Source: Microcoleus sp.
GTDB taxonomy: Bacteria; Cyanobacteriota; Cyanobacteriia; Cyanobacteriales; Microcoleaceae
DNA length: 64,000 nucleotides
Assembly (NCBI GenBank): GCA_052279835.1
Contig: CP181291.1
Span: 5,312,001-5,376,000, forward strand
Reading direction: 5' to 3'
The translations under genes were made by a program, and so were the position numbers. The stretch's first letter is position 1. The number at the start of each line of letters is the position of its first letter. Positions 42,465 to 54,143 of the stretch are shown one piece after another. Under the pieces are notes generated by a model. That model was not told the DNA's origin and ran no database searches. It saw only the letters and a program-made list of their open reading frames with translations.

Positions 42465-43157
42465 CTACTTGGTTAAACCGTGTTCGAGGGCGTAACGAAC
42501 TAATTCTGTGCGACTGTTAGTACCTGTTTTGCTAAACAAACGACTGACATATTTTTCCACATTACGCACGCTAGTTTCTAAGCGGCGGGCAATTTCTTTG
42601 TTCATCAAACCTTGAGCAACTAAGTCTAAAACACTTTGTTCTCGCGGAGTCAAATCTATTTTAATCAGGGAAGGACTTTGGGTTATCGAACTCCGTCCAC
42701 TCAGCAAAGACTCAATTCTCGCCATCTGATTTGCTAAAGCTGCAATATCGGGATTTTCCCCATTCTCATTCATCTCCTTAGCCGCCGCGCGACGAGCCAG
42801 CAAATTGGTGACAATGGCGACTAATTCATCGGGATCGAAGGGCTTAGAAAGATAGGCATCGCAACCTGCTGTATAGCCTTGAATACGATCGCTCGTCATG
42901 CCCTTAGCCGTCAAAAATACTACGGGTAAAGCCTTATAGCGAGGATCTTCCCGCACTTGTTTGAGAAACTGATAGCCGTCCACCTGGGGCATCATAATGT
43001 CGGAAATGAGCAAATCAGGATTTTGCTTTTGCAAGATTTCCCAGCCATCGCGAGCATTACTGGCAACCTCAACCACAAAATTACTATCTTCTAAATAAGC
43101 TTGTACTGCTTCCCGCAAGCCCGGTTCATCATCTACCAGTAATAATCGTGCTGACAT
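42465..43157 (-). CDS. ycf29: NarL/LuxR response regulator (Ycf29/Rre1 type)
   Basis: LLVDDEPGLREAVQAYL; NKEIARRLETSVRNVEKYVSRLFSKTGTNSRTELVR. Confidence 0.85.
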   Translation of the reverse strand: MSARLLLVDDEPGLREAVQAYLEDSNFVVEVASNARDGWEILQKQNPDLLISDIMMPQVDGYQFLKQVREDPRYKALPVVFLTAKGMTSDRIQGYTAGCDAYLSKPFDPDELVAIVTNLLARRAAAKEMNENGENPDIAALANQMARIESLLSGRSSITQSPSLIKIDLTPREQSVLDLVAQGLMNKEIARRLETSVRNVEKYVSRLFSKTGTNSRTELVRYALEHGLTK

Positions 43158-43358
43158 TTCTCTTACCTTTGTCCTTTATGACTATTATGTTAAAATTTTG
43201 CCAAATTTAACTATTATTATCTTGACTAATGAAGGCAAATATTGTATGTTGAGCTCTTCGACTCCGCGGCGGTTGGTATCTGTGCAGCCCAAGGACTGCG
43301 AAGTCGAAGAGTAAACCAATCTCGACCATCAAAACTTGAGGTTAAAACTCCAAATTCT

Positions 43359-44186
43359 TTAAACTTTAGAGCGATCGGTCAAAATTTCATAGCCGGTGTC
43401 CGTCACCAACACAGTATGCTCAAACTGAGCAGACATGGCGTTGTCCACGGTGACAGCAGTCCATTTATCAGCGAGTGTCCGAGTATACTTAGAACCCGCA
43501 TTCAAAATCGGCTCGATCGCCAATGTCATACCCGATCGCAATTTTACATTCGGCATTTCGCGAGTACGGAAATTGAAAACCGACGGTTCCTCGTGCAAAT
43601 TGCGCCCAACGCCGTGGCCTGTAAACTCCTCAACGATGCTAAAACCATTACTTTTGACATGATCTTCGATCGCACCAGCCAGATCCAGCAAATAAGCACC
43701 AGCCCTGACCTGTTCAATGCCTTTATAGAGAGCCTCTTCAGCAACTCTAATTAACTTAGCCGATTCCGGTGTCACCTCCACCACGGGAATTGTAATACAA
43801 GAGTCACCGTGAAAACCTTGATAATACGCTCCCGTATCCACCTTGAGAACATCTCCGGCCCGAATCACTTTTTTCTTACTAGGAATACCGTGAACTACTT
43901 CATTATTAATACTAGAGCAAATCGAGCCTGTGAAGCCGTGATAGCCTTTAAAACTCGGAGTTGCACCCATAGAACGAATGCGTTTTTCCGCATAAGCATC
44001 TAAATCGGCCGTAGTCATTCCCGGCTGCACCATTTGGGAAATTTCCTTGAGGACAGTAGCCACAATTTTGGCTGCTTGCCGCATAATTTCGATTTCGCGT
44101 TCCGACTTAATTTCAATGCCTCGGCGCTGTTTTTTGACTTGGGGTTGTTGAGTTGGGCTAGAAAGGAGACTGCTAAAAATATTCAT
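43359..44186 (-). CDS. map: Type I methionine aminopeptidase
   Basis: EVVHGIP, DTGA..GFHGD, GHGVG..LHEEP, AIEP, SAQFEHT. Confidence 0.97.
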   Translation of the reverse strand: MNIFSSLLSSPTQQPQVKKQRRGIEIKSEREIEIMRQAAKIVATVLKEISQMVQPGMTTADLDAYAEKRIRSMGATPSFKGYHGFTGSICSSINNEVVHGIPSKKKVIRAGDVLKVDTGAYYQGFHGDSCITIPVVEVTPESAKLIRVAEEALYKGIEQVRAGAYLLDLAGAIEDHVKSNGFSIVEEFTGHGVGRNLHEEPSVFNFRTREMPNVKLRSGMTLAIEPILNAGSKYTRTLADKWTAVTVDNAMSAQFEHTVLVTDTGYEILTDRSKV

Positions 44187-44315
44187 GTATTAATCGAGTA
44201 ATTTTCTACTTTGACACTCTCAGACTTGCAAACTAAATTGTACCAAATATGGACAGGGATTGAAATCGTTTCCGGTTGCTGACCTTTGAGATGGAAAAAC
44301 ACGATCGCTCGTGCT

Positions 44316-46406
44316 CTAAACTAGCTTAATATTTTTCTCAGTAATTGGCAGGGGATTGGGGGTCAAAAAAGCGGTTTCAACCGCCGAGTGCCTCTGAGCA
44401 GCATTTGGGAGCCTTCCTGCGAGGTTAACAATTCCGTCAATTAACTGATTGATTTCCACCGGTTTAGATAAGTGCATTTGGAAACCAGCTTTCAGGGCTT
44501 GTTGGCGCTCTTCCTCTCTGGCGTAGGCAGTCAGGGCGATCGCAGGCATATTTCCACCCCGGATCGCTTCCATTTCTCTCACCCGCGCGATCAATTGATA
44601 GCCGTCTGCTCCGGGCATTCCAATGTCGCTGAGCAACACATCCGGCCAAAACGTCTCCAGTACAGCTAGAGCCTCCGCCACCGATGTCGCCGATCGCACC
44701 ATAGCTCCTTCATCTTCGAGTAAAGCAATCAAAAACTCCCGCGAGTCATCGTCATCATCCACCACCAGCAATTGCAAATTCATCAGATGTGGCTGGGCCT
44801 GTGCCACGTCAGGGAACTCGAACAAACCCAGCCCTGCTTCTTGCCCGTTGAGCTCAACAACTGGCAGAGAAACCGTAAATTTCGCACCCCCGCCCGGATT
44901 ATTCTCTGCCGCCACTTTACCGCCGTGCAGTTGGGCCAAGTGACGGACGATCGCCAATCCCAGTCCCAAACCCCCGTAGGACCTAGTTGTGCTGCTATCA
45001 GCTTGGCGGAAGCGATCGAAAACATAAGGGAGAAATTCAGGAGCGATACCAATGCCACTATCAATTATCTGAATTTGTGCCATATCCCCAAGGGACTCCA
45101 AGCGCACCTGTACCTTACCGCCTTCGGGAGTAAACTTAATGGCATTTGACAGCAAGTTCCAGACTATTTGCTGCAACCGAGCCGGATCGCCCATCGCTTC
45201 ACCGACATCTGGACTGCAAGTCACTTCTATGACTATTGATTTGTCCTGGGCCAGCAGTTGCAAAGAATCAATTGCCATCTGAATGATAGATTCCAAATTA
45301 ATCCGATGGAAATTGAGATTGAGTTTGCCCCGCAGAATCCGCGAAACATCCAAAATATCTTCAATGAGTTGCGCTTGAGATTTTGCATTACGCTCAATTG
45401 TTTCTAGGGCTTTCTCAATAGTTTCTTGGTCAAATTCTCTAGTCCGCAGCAGCTTAGACCAGCCGAGAATTGAATTTAAAGGAGTACGGAGTTCGTGAGA
45501 AAGAATCGCGAGAAATTCATCCTTCATCTGGTTAGCTCTTTCAGCTTCCTGACGCGCCACCTGCTCGTGAATTAGCCTCCCACGCTCTTCCTCTGCTTGC
45601 TTGCGGCTAGTGACATCTCTCACCGTACCAACGTGACCGATGGGTGTTCCCAAATCCGAAAACATCGGCGATGACTGCACGTTAATCCAACGCACTGTTT
45701 CGCCAATAGCTAATCGAAACTCGTTAGAATATTCCTGCCCTTGTTGAAGCCATGCTGACCAATGTGCCACTACGCGATCGCGATCGTCTGGATGAACTAC
45801 CCGCCCCCAAGCCAACGCCAAATCTTCCTCCAACTTTAACCCCGAAATTTCTTGACAGCGGGGATTCATGTAAGTACAGCGACCTGCAACATCAGCTAAA
45901 TAAATTCCCAGCGGCGAACAAGCACACAAAATGCGAAACCGCTCTTCACTTTTCCTGAGTTCATGATTAACAGCAGCTAACTGTGTTGCTTGTCGCTTCA
46001 CCTCGACTGTTTTTTGGAACAATTCCACAAATACCTGCACCTTCGAGGTTAATATTTCCGGTTTCAAGGGTTTGAATAAGTAATCCACAGCCCCCAGAGA
46101 ATAACCTTTAAACACATGGGTGTCGTTACTGCTAAATGCTGTGACAAAAATAATCGGAGTCGAGCGAGATCGATCTCTAGATCGAATCAATGTTGCCGTT
46201 TCAAATCCATCCATTCCCGGCATTTGCACGTCCAGTAAAATCACCGCAAAATCTTCATTCAGCAGACACCTGAGAGCTTCGGAACCGGAATTTGCTGTGA
46301 CTAAATTGTAAGACGACTTGTTCAAAATAGCTTCCAGAGCCATCAAATTTTCTGGACGATCATCAACTAGAAGCACATTTACTCGATCGCAGGGGTGCAC
46401 ATCCAT
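44316..46406 (-). CDS. Hybrid histidine kinase (REC-PAS-HisKA-HATPase-REC)
   Basis: [33 protein letters not shown]-terminal LSDIGMP. Confidence 0.93.
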   Translation of the reverse strand: MDVHPCDRVNVLLVDDRPENLMALEAILNKSSYNLVTANSGSEALRCLLNEDFAVILLDVQMPGMDGFETATLIRSRDRSRSTPIIFVTAFSSNDTHVFKGYSLGAVDYLFKPLKPEILTSKVQVFVELFQKTVEVKRQATQLAAVNHELRKSEERFRILCACSPLGIYLADVAGRCTYMNPRCQEISGLKLEEDLALAWGRVVHPDDRDRVVAHWSAWLQQGQEYSNEFRLAIGETVRWINVQSSPMFSDLGTPIGHVGTVRDVTSRKQAEEERGRLIHEQVARQEAERANQMKDEFLAILSHELRTPLNSILGWSKLLRTREFDQETIEKALETIERNAKSQAQLIEDILDVSRILRGKLNLNFHRINLESIIQMAIDSLQLLAQDKSIVIEVTCSPDVGEAMGDPARLQQIVWNLLSNAIKFTPEGGKVQVRLESLGDMAQIQIIDSGIGIAPEFLPYVFDRFRQADSSTTRSYGGLGLGLAIVRHLAQLHGGKVAAENNPGGGAKFTVSLPVVELNGQEAGLGLFEFPDVAQAQPHLMNLQLLVVDDDDDSREFLIALLEDEGAMVRSATSVAEALAVLETFWPDVLLSDIGMPGADGYQLIARVREMEAIRGGNMPAIALTAYAREEERQQALKAGFQMHLSKPVEINQLIDGIVNLAGRLPNAAQRHSAVETAFLTPNPLPITEKNIKLV

Positions 46407-46414
46407 AATTTTTT

Positions 46415-47140
46415 TTAAACTTTAATGGTTAGCAAGTTGACTAAACAGGGAGCGATTTGAGACAGGGGTAAAATCCAGTCTACTTCAACATTTGCGATCG
46501 CGGCAGTCGGCATAATCCCGCATTGAGCCGAATCTGGTTCCTGTACAAATGTCAATCCTCCTTCAGCTTTAATTTTTCCCAGCCCTTTACTACCATCAGA
46601 GTTAGCTCCTGTTAAAATGATGCCGATAACTTTCTCCCGAAAGGCATCAGCAGCAGACTCAAACAGCACATCGATGGAAGGCCGCGCGTAACAGACAGGA
46701 GCCTCTGTTGATAGTGCAAAGGTAAAACTTCCGCGACACAGGATGGGGAATTTTGAATTGTAGATTGGCTCAACTGTCGCCCTTGGTGATTCTGTAAAGT
46801 AATTTTCAGGCAAGCTTTTGTACCACTGACTGGGTGATTCTATTAGCAAGTGATAGTCAGCAGGAGCCAAATAAACCCGTCCTGGCGCGATCGGCTCTTT
46901 ATCTTCGACTTCTGTGATTTGGAGAGAACTTTGCTGCTGTAAAAAATCACTCAGTCGATTCTGAGAATGCTTGTGGCGGTGTTGGACAATAACTACAGGC
47001 AAAGGAAAGCTTGGTGGCAAATCGGCCAGCAACACACTCAGAGCATCTAGCCCTCCCAAAGACGTGCCCACAACCACTATTTCAAAAGTTTTTTTATTTA
47101 ACTTTGCGGTAGAGTTTATCACTACTTTCAATGGCTTCAT
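46415..47140 (-). CDS. CheB-type methylesterase without a receiver domain
   Basis: GTSLGG, IVQH, RPSIDVLFESAA, GANSDG. Start uncertain; overlaps the 3' end of the CheR gene. Confidence 0.88.
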   Translation of the reverse strand: MKPLKVVINSTAKLNKKTFEIVVVGTSLGGLDALSVLLADLPPSFPLPVVIVQHRHKHSQNRLSDFLQQQSSLQITEVEDKEPIAPGRVYLAPADYHLLIESPSQWYKSLPENYFTESPRATVEPIYNSKFPILCRGSFTFALSTEAPVCYARPSIDVLFESAADAFREKVIGIILTGANSDGSKGLGKIKAEGGLTFVQEPDSAQCGIMPTAAIANVEVDWILPLSQIAPCLVNLLTIKV

Positions 47141-47921
47141 AGTGTTTTTCATAAGGTGTAAAATGCAGAGACTCCTGATGTCCTAGCCCTAAAACCCCAA
47201 ACATTCCCAGGCTTTCATGAAAAAGCTTGTGTACTCTTTCCTGGAGGTATGAATTGAAATAAATCATTACATTTCGACACAAAATAACATTAAATTCATT
47301 AAAAGAATTATCCGTTGCTAAGTTGTGGTGAGCAAACACAATATTATCTTTTATAGAAGCTCTGAAAACAGCATTATCATAGGCGGCCGTGTAATATTCA
47401 GAAAAGGCTTTTTTACCTCCTGCTTGGTGGTATAGTTGCGTATATTCTTGCATTTTTTTTAGCGAAAATATGCCTGTCTTTGCTTGTTTTAAAACAACTT
47501 CATTCATGTCAGTTGCGTAAATCCGACAGCGGTCATAAAGTCCTTCTTCTTGCAGTAAAATTGCCATAGAATAGACTTCTTCTCCTGTAGAACATCCAGC
47601 GTGCCAAATCCGAATAAAAGGATAAGTACGCAGCATTGGCACTACTTTATTTCGGAAACTAATGTAAAAGCTCGGATCGCGAAACATCGTGGTAACATTC
47701 ACCGAAACGCCCAGCAGAAAACGCTCTAGGTAAGCCGGATTGTGCAGTATCTTTTCTTGAAGTCCAGAGACAGTAGTCAGGCGTTCCGATTGAATAGTTT
47801 TCCAAATGCGACGCTTGAGAGAGGCAAGAGCATAATTGCGAAAATCAAATCCGTAATAGCGAAATATCCCTTCTAGAAAGAGTTGAATTTCGATTGTTTC
47901 AAGTTCATGAGCACTGTTCAT
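47094..47921 (-). CDS. CheR-type glutamate O-methyltransferase
   Basis: VTTMFRD, IWHAGCSTGEEVYS, ILCRNVMIYF. Confidence 0.92.
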   Translation of the reverse strand: MNSAHELETIEIQLFLEGIFRYYGFDFRNYALASLKRRIWKTIQSERLTTVSGLQEKILHNPAYLERFLLGVSVNVTTMFRDPSFYISFRNKVVPMLRTYPFIRIWHAGCSTGEEVYSMAILLQEEGLYDRCRIYATDMNEVVLKQAKTGIFSLKKMQEYTQLYHQAGGKKAFSEYYTAAYDNAVFRASIKDNIVFAHHNLATDNSFNEFNVILCRNVMIYFNSYLQERVHKLFHESLGMFGVLGLGHQESLHFTPYEKHYEAIESSDKLYRKVK

Positions 47922-47963
47922 TTAACAAAAAACCACTAGCAAAAAAACACTAACAAATCAGCA

Positions 47964-50900
47964 TTATCTATAAAGCCAAACACGCAGCAGCGAGAGCAAC
48001 TGTTCCGTATCCACAGGTTTGGTAATGTAGTCAGAGGCTCCAGCTTCGATACATTTTTCCCGATCGCCCTTCATCGCTTTCGCAGTCAGAGCAATCATCG
48101 GTAGCGAAGTGAACTGAGGCAAATTGCGAATTGCTTGCATTGTCTCGTAACCGTCCATCTCTGGCATCATCACATCCATCAACACAATATTGATGTCCGG
48201 CGTATTTTGCAACATCGCAATTCCATCCCTGCCGTTTTCAGCATACTCAATTTGCATTTGATGGCGCTCCAACATACTCGTCAGCGCGAAAATATTTCGC
48301 ATATCGTCGTCTACAATCAAGACTTTTTTGCCCGCCAGCGTCGAATCTGTTTGATACAATTGCTCTAGCATTTGGCGCTTGGGTGCTGGCAAATTTGCTT
48401 GCACTCGATGCAAAAACAAAGCAGTTTCATCTAACAAACGTTCCGGCGATCGCACATCTTTAACAATAATGGTTTCCGCCATCCGCTTCAGTTGAGTTTC
48501 TTCAGCTCTGGTCAACTCTTTTCCTGTATAAATAATAATCGGCAGATTTTTCAAAATAGCATCCTGCTTAATCTGCTCGATCAGTTCAAAACCAGTCATA
48601 TCTGGGAGTCCCAAATCGAGTACGATGCAGTCAAAATGCCCCGATCGCAAAGTTGCTAGGGCTTCTGCACCGCTTCCCACCGCCGTGGTATAAACATCGT
48701 GATTCCCGATTAAATCCACAATGCTCAAACGCTGTGTTTCGTCGTCTTCCACCACTAGCAAATTCTTGACTCGCCGCTCGACAAAACCCTTAATATCAGT
48801 TAAAGCCTTGCTTAAAGCTTCGCTGCTAACAGGTTTTTGCAAATAGGCGATCGCCCCTAACTGCAAACTGCGCTGCCGCCCTTCTTCAACTGATACAATA
48901 TGAACCGGAATGTGGCGCGTATTCGGATTATGCTTGAGGCGATCGAGTACAGTCCAACCATCCATCACAGGCAAATTTAGATCCAGCATAATCGCAGTCG
49001 GCTTAAACTCTTGCGCCATCGCCAAACCGATATCGCTACGCAAAGCCACCACACCTTTAAAACCCTGTTCCCGCGCCATATCCAACAGAATGCGAGCGAA
49101 GTTGACATCATCCTCGATAATCAACAGGAGGCGATCGCCTGGTTGGACATTTTCGCGATCGTCAGCGACGATGGGGGATGGATAAGGGGCGATCGGCAAG
49201 GGCAAAGAAGGAGTCGCCACAGCAGCCATAGCAGGCCGCAATTGTGCTATTTCCTGGCTGGTTCCCGATGGTAACTCATTGACAATTCCCAACTCTTGAT
49301 AAGTTTGCGGCAAATAAAGCGTGAACGTACTCCCCACACCAGGGCGACTCGTCAATTTAATTTCTCCCCCTAACAAATTAGCGATTTCTCTACTAATCGA
49401 CAAACCCAAACCAGTGCCCCCGTATTTGCGGCTAGTGCTCCCATCAGCCTGCTGGAAAGCCTCAAAAATCACCCTGTGTTTTTCAGGAGAAATCCCAATC
49501 CCCGTATCCGTGACAGAAAAAGCCAAAACAGTAGCAGAAACTCGTTAAAGTTTCTATCTCTAAACTCCACCCAGAGCGCGCCACTTCCACTACCAATTTC
49601 ACCTCACCATGCTCGGTAAACTTAAACGCATTAGAGAGCAGATTCTTCAAAACTTGTTGCAACCGCTTAGCATCAGTATAAACACTTTTCGGAATCCCAG
49701 CGCTCAACTCAATCAGAAAATTCAACTTTTTATCCTGTGCAAGTTGACGGAAAGTCCGCTCCAAATGCTCTCGCAAATCTGTAAATAACACTTGCTCAAT
49801 TTCCACCGACATCGTGCCCGACTCAATCTTAGCCAAATCCAAAATATCATTAATCAGCCCCAACAAATCGTTACCAGCCGAATAAATAGTCCGCGTATAT
49901 TCAACTTGTTTCACAGTCAAATTACCCTCACTATTCTCCGAAAGCAAGCGAGCTAAAATCAACAAAGAATTCAGCGGAGTCCGCAACTCGTGAGACATAT
50001 TCGCCAAAAACTCCGACTTATATTTAGAAGTAATAGACAACTGCTTCGCTTTTTCTTCCAGCGACATCCTCGCCTGTTCAATTTCGCTATTTTTCTGCTC
50101 TACTTCCTGATTTTGCAGCGCCAGCAATTCCGCTTTTTCTTCTAATTCTTCATTCGTCTGCTGCAACTCTTCTTGTTGATTCTTCAACAGTTCCTCCGAG
50201 GCGCGCAAAGATTGGGCTTGCTGTTCCAACCGCTTATTAGTTTCCGTCAATTCCTTTTGCTGGGATTGCAACTCTTCCGCTAAAGACTGCGACTGTTTCA
50301 GCAACTCTTCCGTCCGCATACTCGCCGCAATTGTATTTAACACAATCGCGATACTTTCCGTGAGTTGGTCGAGAAAAGTCAAGTGAATTTCGCTGAAGCG
50401 ACGGAAAGAAGCTAACTCAATCACCGCCGTCACTTGTCCCTCAAAAAGCACAGGTAAAACCACCACATTCAGTGGCGTAGACTCTCCCAAACCCGAACTA
50501 ATTTTCACATAGTTATCCGGGACTTCTGTGAGTAAAATTCGCTCTTTTTCCAAGGCGCACTGTCCAACTAAACCTTCGCCTAAATTAAATTTATTACCTA
50601 AGTTTTTACGTTCCCGGTAAGCATAGGTACTTAACAGTTTCAGGAACGGGTCATGTTCGACAGATTCCATCATAAAAAATACCCCATGCTGAGCAGAAAC
50701 CAGCGGTGTCAATTCTGATAAAATCAATTTAGAAACAGTCTCTAAATCCCGCTGACCTTGCAGCATACGAGTAAACTTAGCCAGGTTTGTTTTCAGCCAA
50801 TCTTGCTCGGTATTCTTCTGCGTTGTCTCCCGGAGATTAGCAATCATCTGGTTAATGTTATCTTTCAGAATAGCGACTTCCCCTTCAGCAGCGACGGAAA

Positions 50901-53778
50901 TTGACCTCGTTAAATCGCCTTTAGTAACAGCAATTGCTACTTCCGCAATCGCCCTTACCTGAGTAGTCAAATTAGCAGCCAATTCATTCACATTATCCGT
51001 CAAATCTCGCCAGGTTCCCGCCGCCCCAGGCACCTTCGCCTGACCGCCTAATTTCCCTTCAATTCCCACCTCTCGTGCCACGCTAGTAACCTGATCCGCA
51101 AACGTTGCCAGAGTATCGATCATCTCATTAATCGTATCTGCTAGAGTCGCAATTTCGCCCTTAGCTTCCAGCATCAATTTCCGCTTCAAATCGCCATTCG
51201 CCACCGCCGTCACCACCTTCGCAATCCCCCGCACTTGCGCCGTCAAATTCCCCGCCATCGAGTTAACATTATCAGTTAAATCTTTCCAAGTTCCCGCCAC
51301 TCCTTTCACCTCAGCTTGACCTCCCAATTTCCCTTCAGTACCCACCTCTCGCGCCACCCGCGTCACTTCTGAAGCAAAGGAATTAAGCTGATCCACCATC
51401 ACATTAATAGTATCTTTCAGTTCCAGAATTTCCCCTTTGACATCCACCGTAATTTTCTTAGACAAATCACCATTAGCCACCGCCTTCGTCACTTCCGCAA
51501 TATTCCGCACCTGCGCCGTCAAATTCCCGGCCATCAAGTTAACATTATCGGTTAAATCTTTCCAAGTTCCGCCCACACCGCGCACGTAAGCTTGCACGCC
51601 TAATTTACCTTCGGTTCCCACTTCCCGCGCCACCCGCGTTACTTCCGAAGCAAAGGAACTCAACTGATCCACCATGATATTAATCGTGTTTTTCAGTTCC
51701 AGAATTTCGCCTTTGACATCAACAGTAATTTTCTTAGATAAATCGCCATTAGCCACCGCCGTTGTCACCTCTGCAATGTTGCGAACTTGGGCGGTCAAAT
51801 TCCCCGCCATGGAGTTAACGGAATCGGTTAAATCCTTCCAAGTTCCTGCTACTCCCCGCACTTCTGCTTGCACACCTAATTTACCTTCGGTTCCCACTTC
51901 CCGCGCCACCCGCGTTACTTCCGAAGCAAAGGAATTTAACTGGTCAACCATCGTGTTGACAGTGTTTTTCAGTTCCAGAATTTCGCCTTTCACATCCACC
52001 GTAATTTTCTTAGATAAATCGCCATTAGCCACCGCCGTAGTCACAGCCGCAATATTCCGTACTTGGGCGGTCAAACTGCCCGCCATAAAATTAACTGAAT
52101 CGGTTAAATCCTTCCAAGTTCCTGCTACGCCTCGGACATCTGCTTGACCGCCCAGCTTGCCTTCGGAACCCACTTCCCTAGCCACCCGCGTGACTTCTGA
52201 TGCGAAGGAATTAAGCTGATCCACCATCACGTTAATCGTATTTTTTAGTTCTAAAATTTCGCCTTTAACTTGGACTGTAATTTTCTTAGATAAATCGCCA
52301 TTAGCCACCGCCGTTGTCACTTCCGCAATGTTGCGAACTTGGGCTGTCAAATTTCCCGCCATGGAGTTAACGGAATCGGTTAAATCCTTCCAAGTTCCTG
52401 CTACTCCCTGCACTTGAGCCTGCACGCCTAATTTGCCTTCCGTTCCTACTTCCCGCGCCACCCGCGTTACTTCCGAAGCAAAGGAATTTAATTGGTCAAC
52501 CATTGTGTTGACAGTGTTTTTTAACTCCAGAATTTCGCCCTTGACATCCACGGTAATTTTCTTAGATAAATCACCATTTGCCACCGCCGTTGTCACTTCC
52601 GCAATGTTACGAACTTGGGCTGTCAAACTGCCCGCCATAAAGTTAACACTATCTGTCAAATCTTTCCAAGTTCCCGCCACTCCCTTGACTTCTGCTTGCC
52701 CGCCGAGTTTGCCTTCGGAACCGACTTCTCTCGCCACCCGCGTTACTTCTGATGCGAAGGAATTTAACTGATCTACCATGATATTAATCGTGTTTTTCAG
52801 TTCCAGAATTTCGCCTTTAACATCTACAGTAATTTTCTTAGATAAATCGCCATTTGCCACCGCCGTTGTCACTTCCGCAATGTTGCGAACTTGGGCGGTC
52901 AAATTCCCTGCCATGGAGTTAACTGAATCGGTTAAATCTTTCCAAGTTCCTGCTACTCCCCGGACTTCTGCTTGCACTCCCAATTTGCCTTCATTGCCTA
53001 CGTCTCTAGCCACTCGCGTTACTTCGGATGCGAAGGAACTCAACTGGTCTACCATGATATTAATCGTGTTTTTCAGTTCCAGGATTTCGCCTTTGACATC
53101 GACGGTAATTTTTTTAGATAAATCGCCATTGGCCACCGCCGTTGTCACTTCCGCAATGTTCCGAACTTGGGCGGTTAAATTCCCCGCCATGGAGTTAACT
53201 GAATCGGTTAAATCTTTCCAAGTTCCTGCTACTCCCTGGACTTCTGCTTGCACGCCTAATTTGCCTTCGGTTCCTACTTCCCGCGCCACCCGCGTTACTT
53301 CTGATGCGAAGGAACTCAACTGGTCTACCATTGTGTTAACAATTTGAGCAGTTTGGAGGAATTCTCCTTTGAGGGGTCTGTCTTCTATTTCTAAGGCAAT
53401 GGTTTGGGATAAGTCTCCCTTGGCGACGGCGCGAATTACTCTGGCGGTTTCGGAGGTGGGTTGAACTAAATCTGTGATTAGGGTATTGACAGAATCAACG
53501 CTAGCTGACCACGAACCCTCGGCGTTGCCGATGGTGGCCCGCTGGGAGATTTTACCTTCTTTGCCGACAACTGTACTGATGCGATCGAGTTCGGCTGCCA
53601 TTCTCTGATTGAGTTCGATAATATCATTGAGGGTATCGGCAATTTTCCCTCCCAACCCAATCTGGTCTATGGGCATCCGAACTGAAAAGTCTCCTTTTTT
53701 GACAGCTACGAGGGTTCTCAGTAGTTGTTTGGCATAAAGTTTGTTTGGACTTTCCTGTGTGTTCTGTGCTGTTGACAT
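47964..53778 (-). pseudogene. Poly-HAMP/GAF/HisKA/HATPase/3xREC hybrid kinase, split by a 1-nt frameshift near 49538-49540
   Basis: ORFs 49483-53778 and 47964-49526 overlap inside the HATPase domain (N box upstream; DTGIG and G2 boxes downstream). May be a sequencing error. Confidence 0.8.
50850..53600 (-). repeat. About 10 tandem 276-bp (92-aa) HAMP repeats
   Basis: Nine GTW(K/R)DLTD motifs plus one diverged copy, with 276-nt periodicity. Confidence 0.93.
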
Positions 53779-53898
53779 GACCGTTTCCTTTCGTGATTTG
53801 TAATGGGGAGGGGGAATATTTTTAAGTTTTGATATTATTGATATTATGGCGCTAAAGTAGTGTCTGATTGCTTCTGCCTAAAGATGGATTACAAATTA

Positions 53899-54130
53899 GT
53901 TATTGGTTATTGGGAATTGGGAATTGGTTATTGGTTATTGGTTATTGGTTATTGGTTTCAATGCCCAATTTCCAATTCTTTCCCCCCTTGGGGGGGGTAG
54001 GGGGGGGTGGCCCAATGCCTAATTTCCCATTATCTCCCCCCAAGGGGGGCCCAATTCCCAATTCCCAATTCCCAATTCCCAATTCCCAATTCCCAATTCC
54101 CAATTCCCAATTCCCCATTCCCCATTCCCC
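53899..54130. repeat. Heptameric STRR arrays (TATTGGT/AATTGGG then CCCAATT) with embedded palindromic repeats
   Basis: Directly visible runs in opposite orientations. Confidence 0.92.
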
Positions 54131-54143
54131 ATGAACAATAAGA

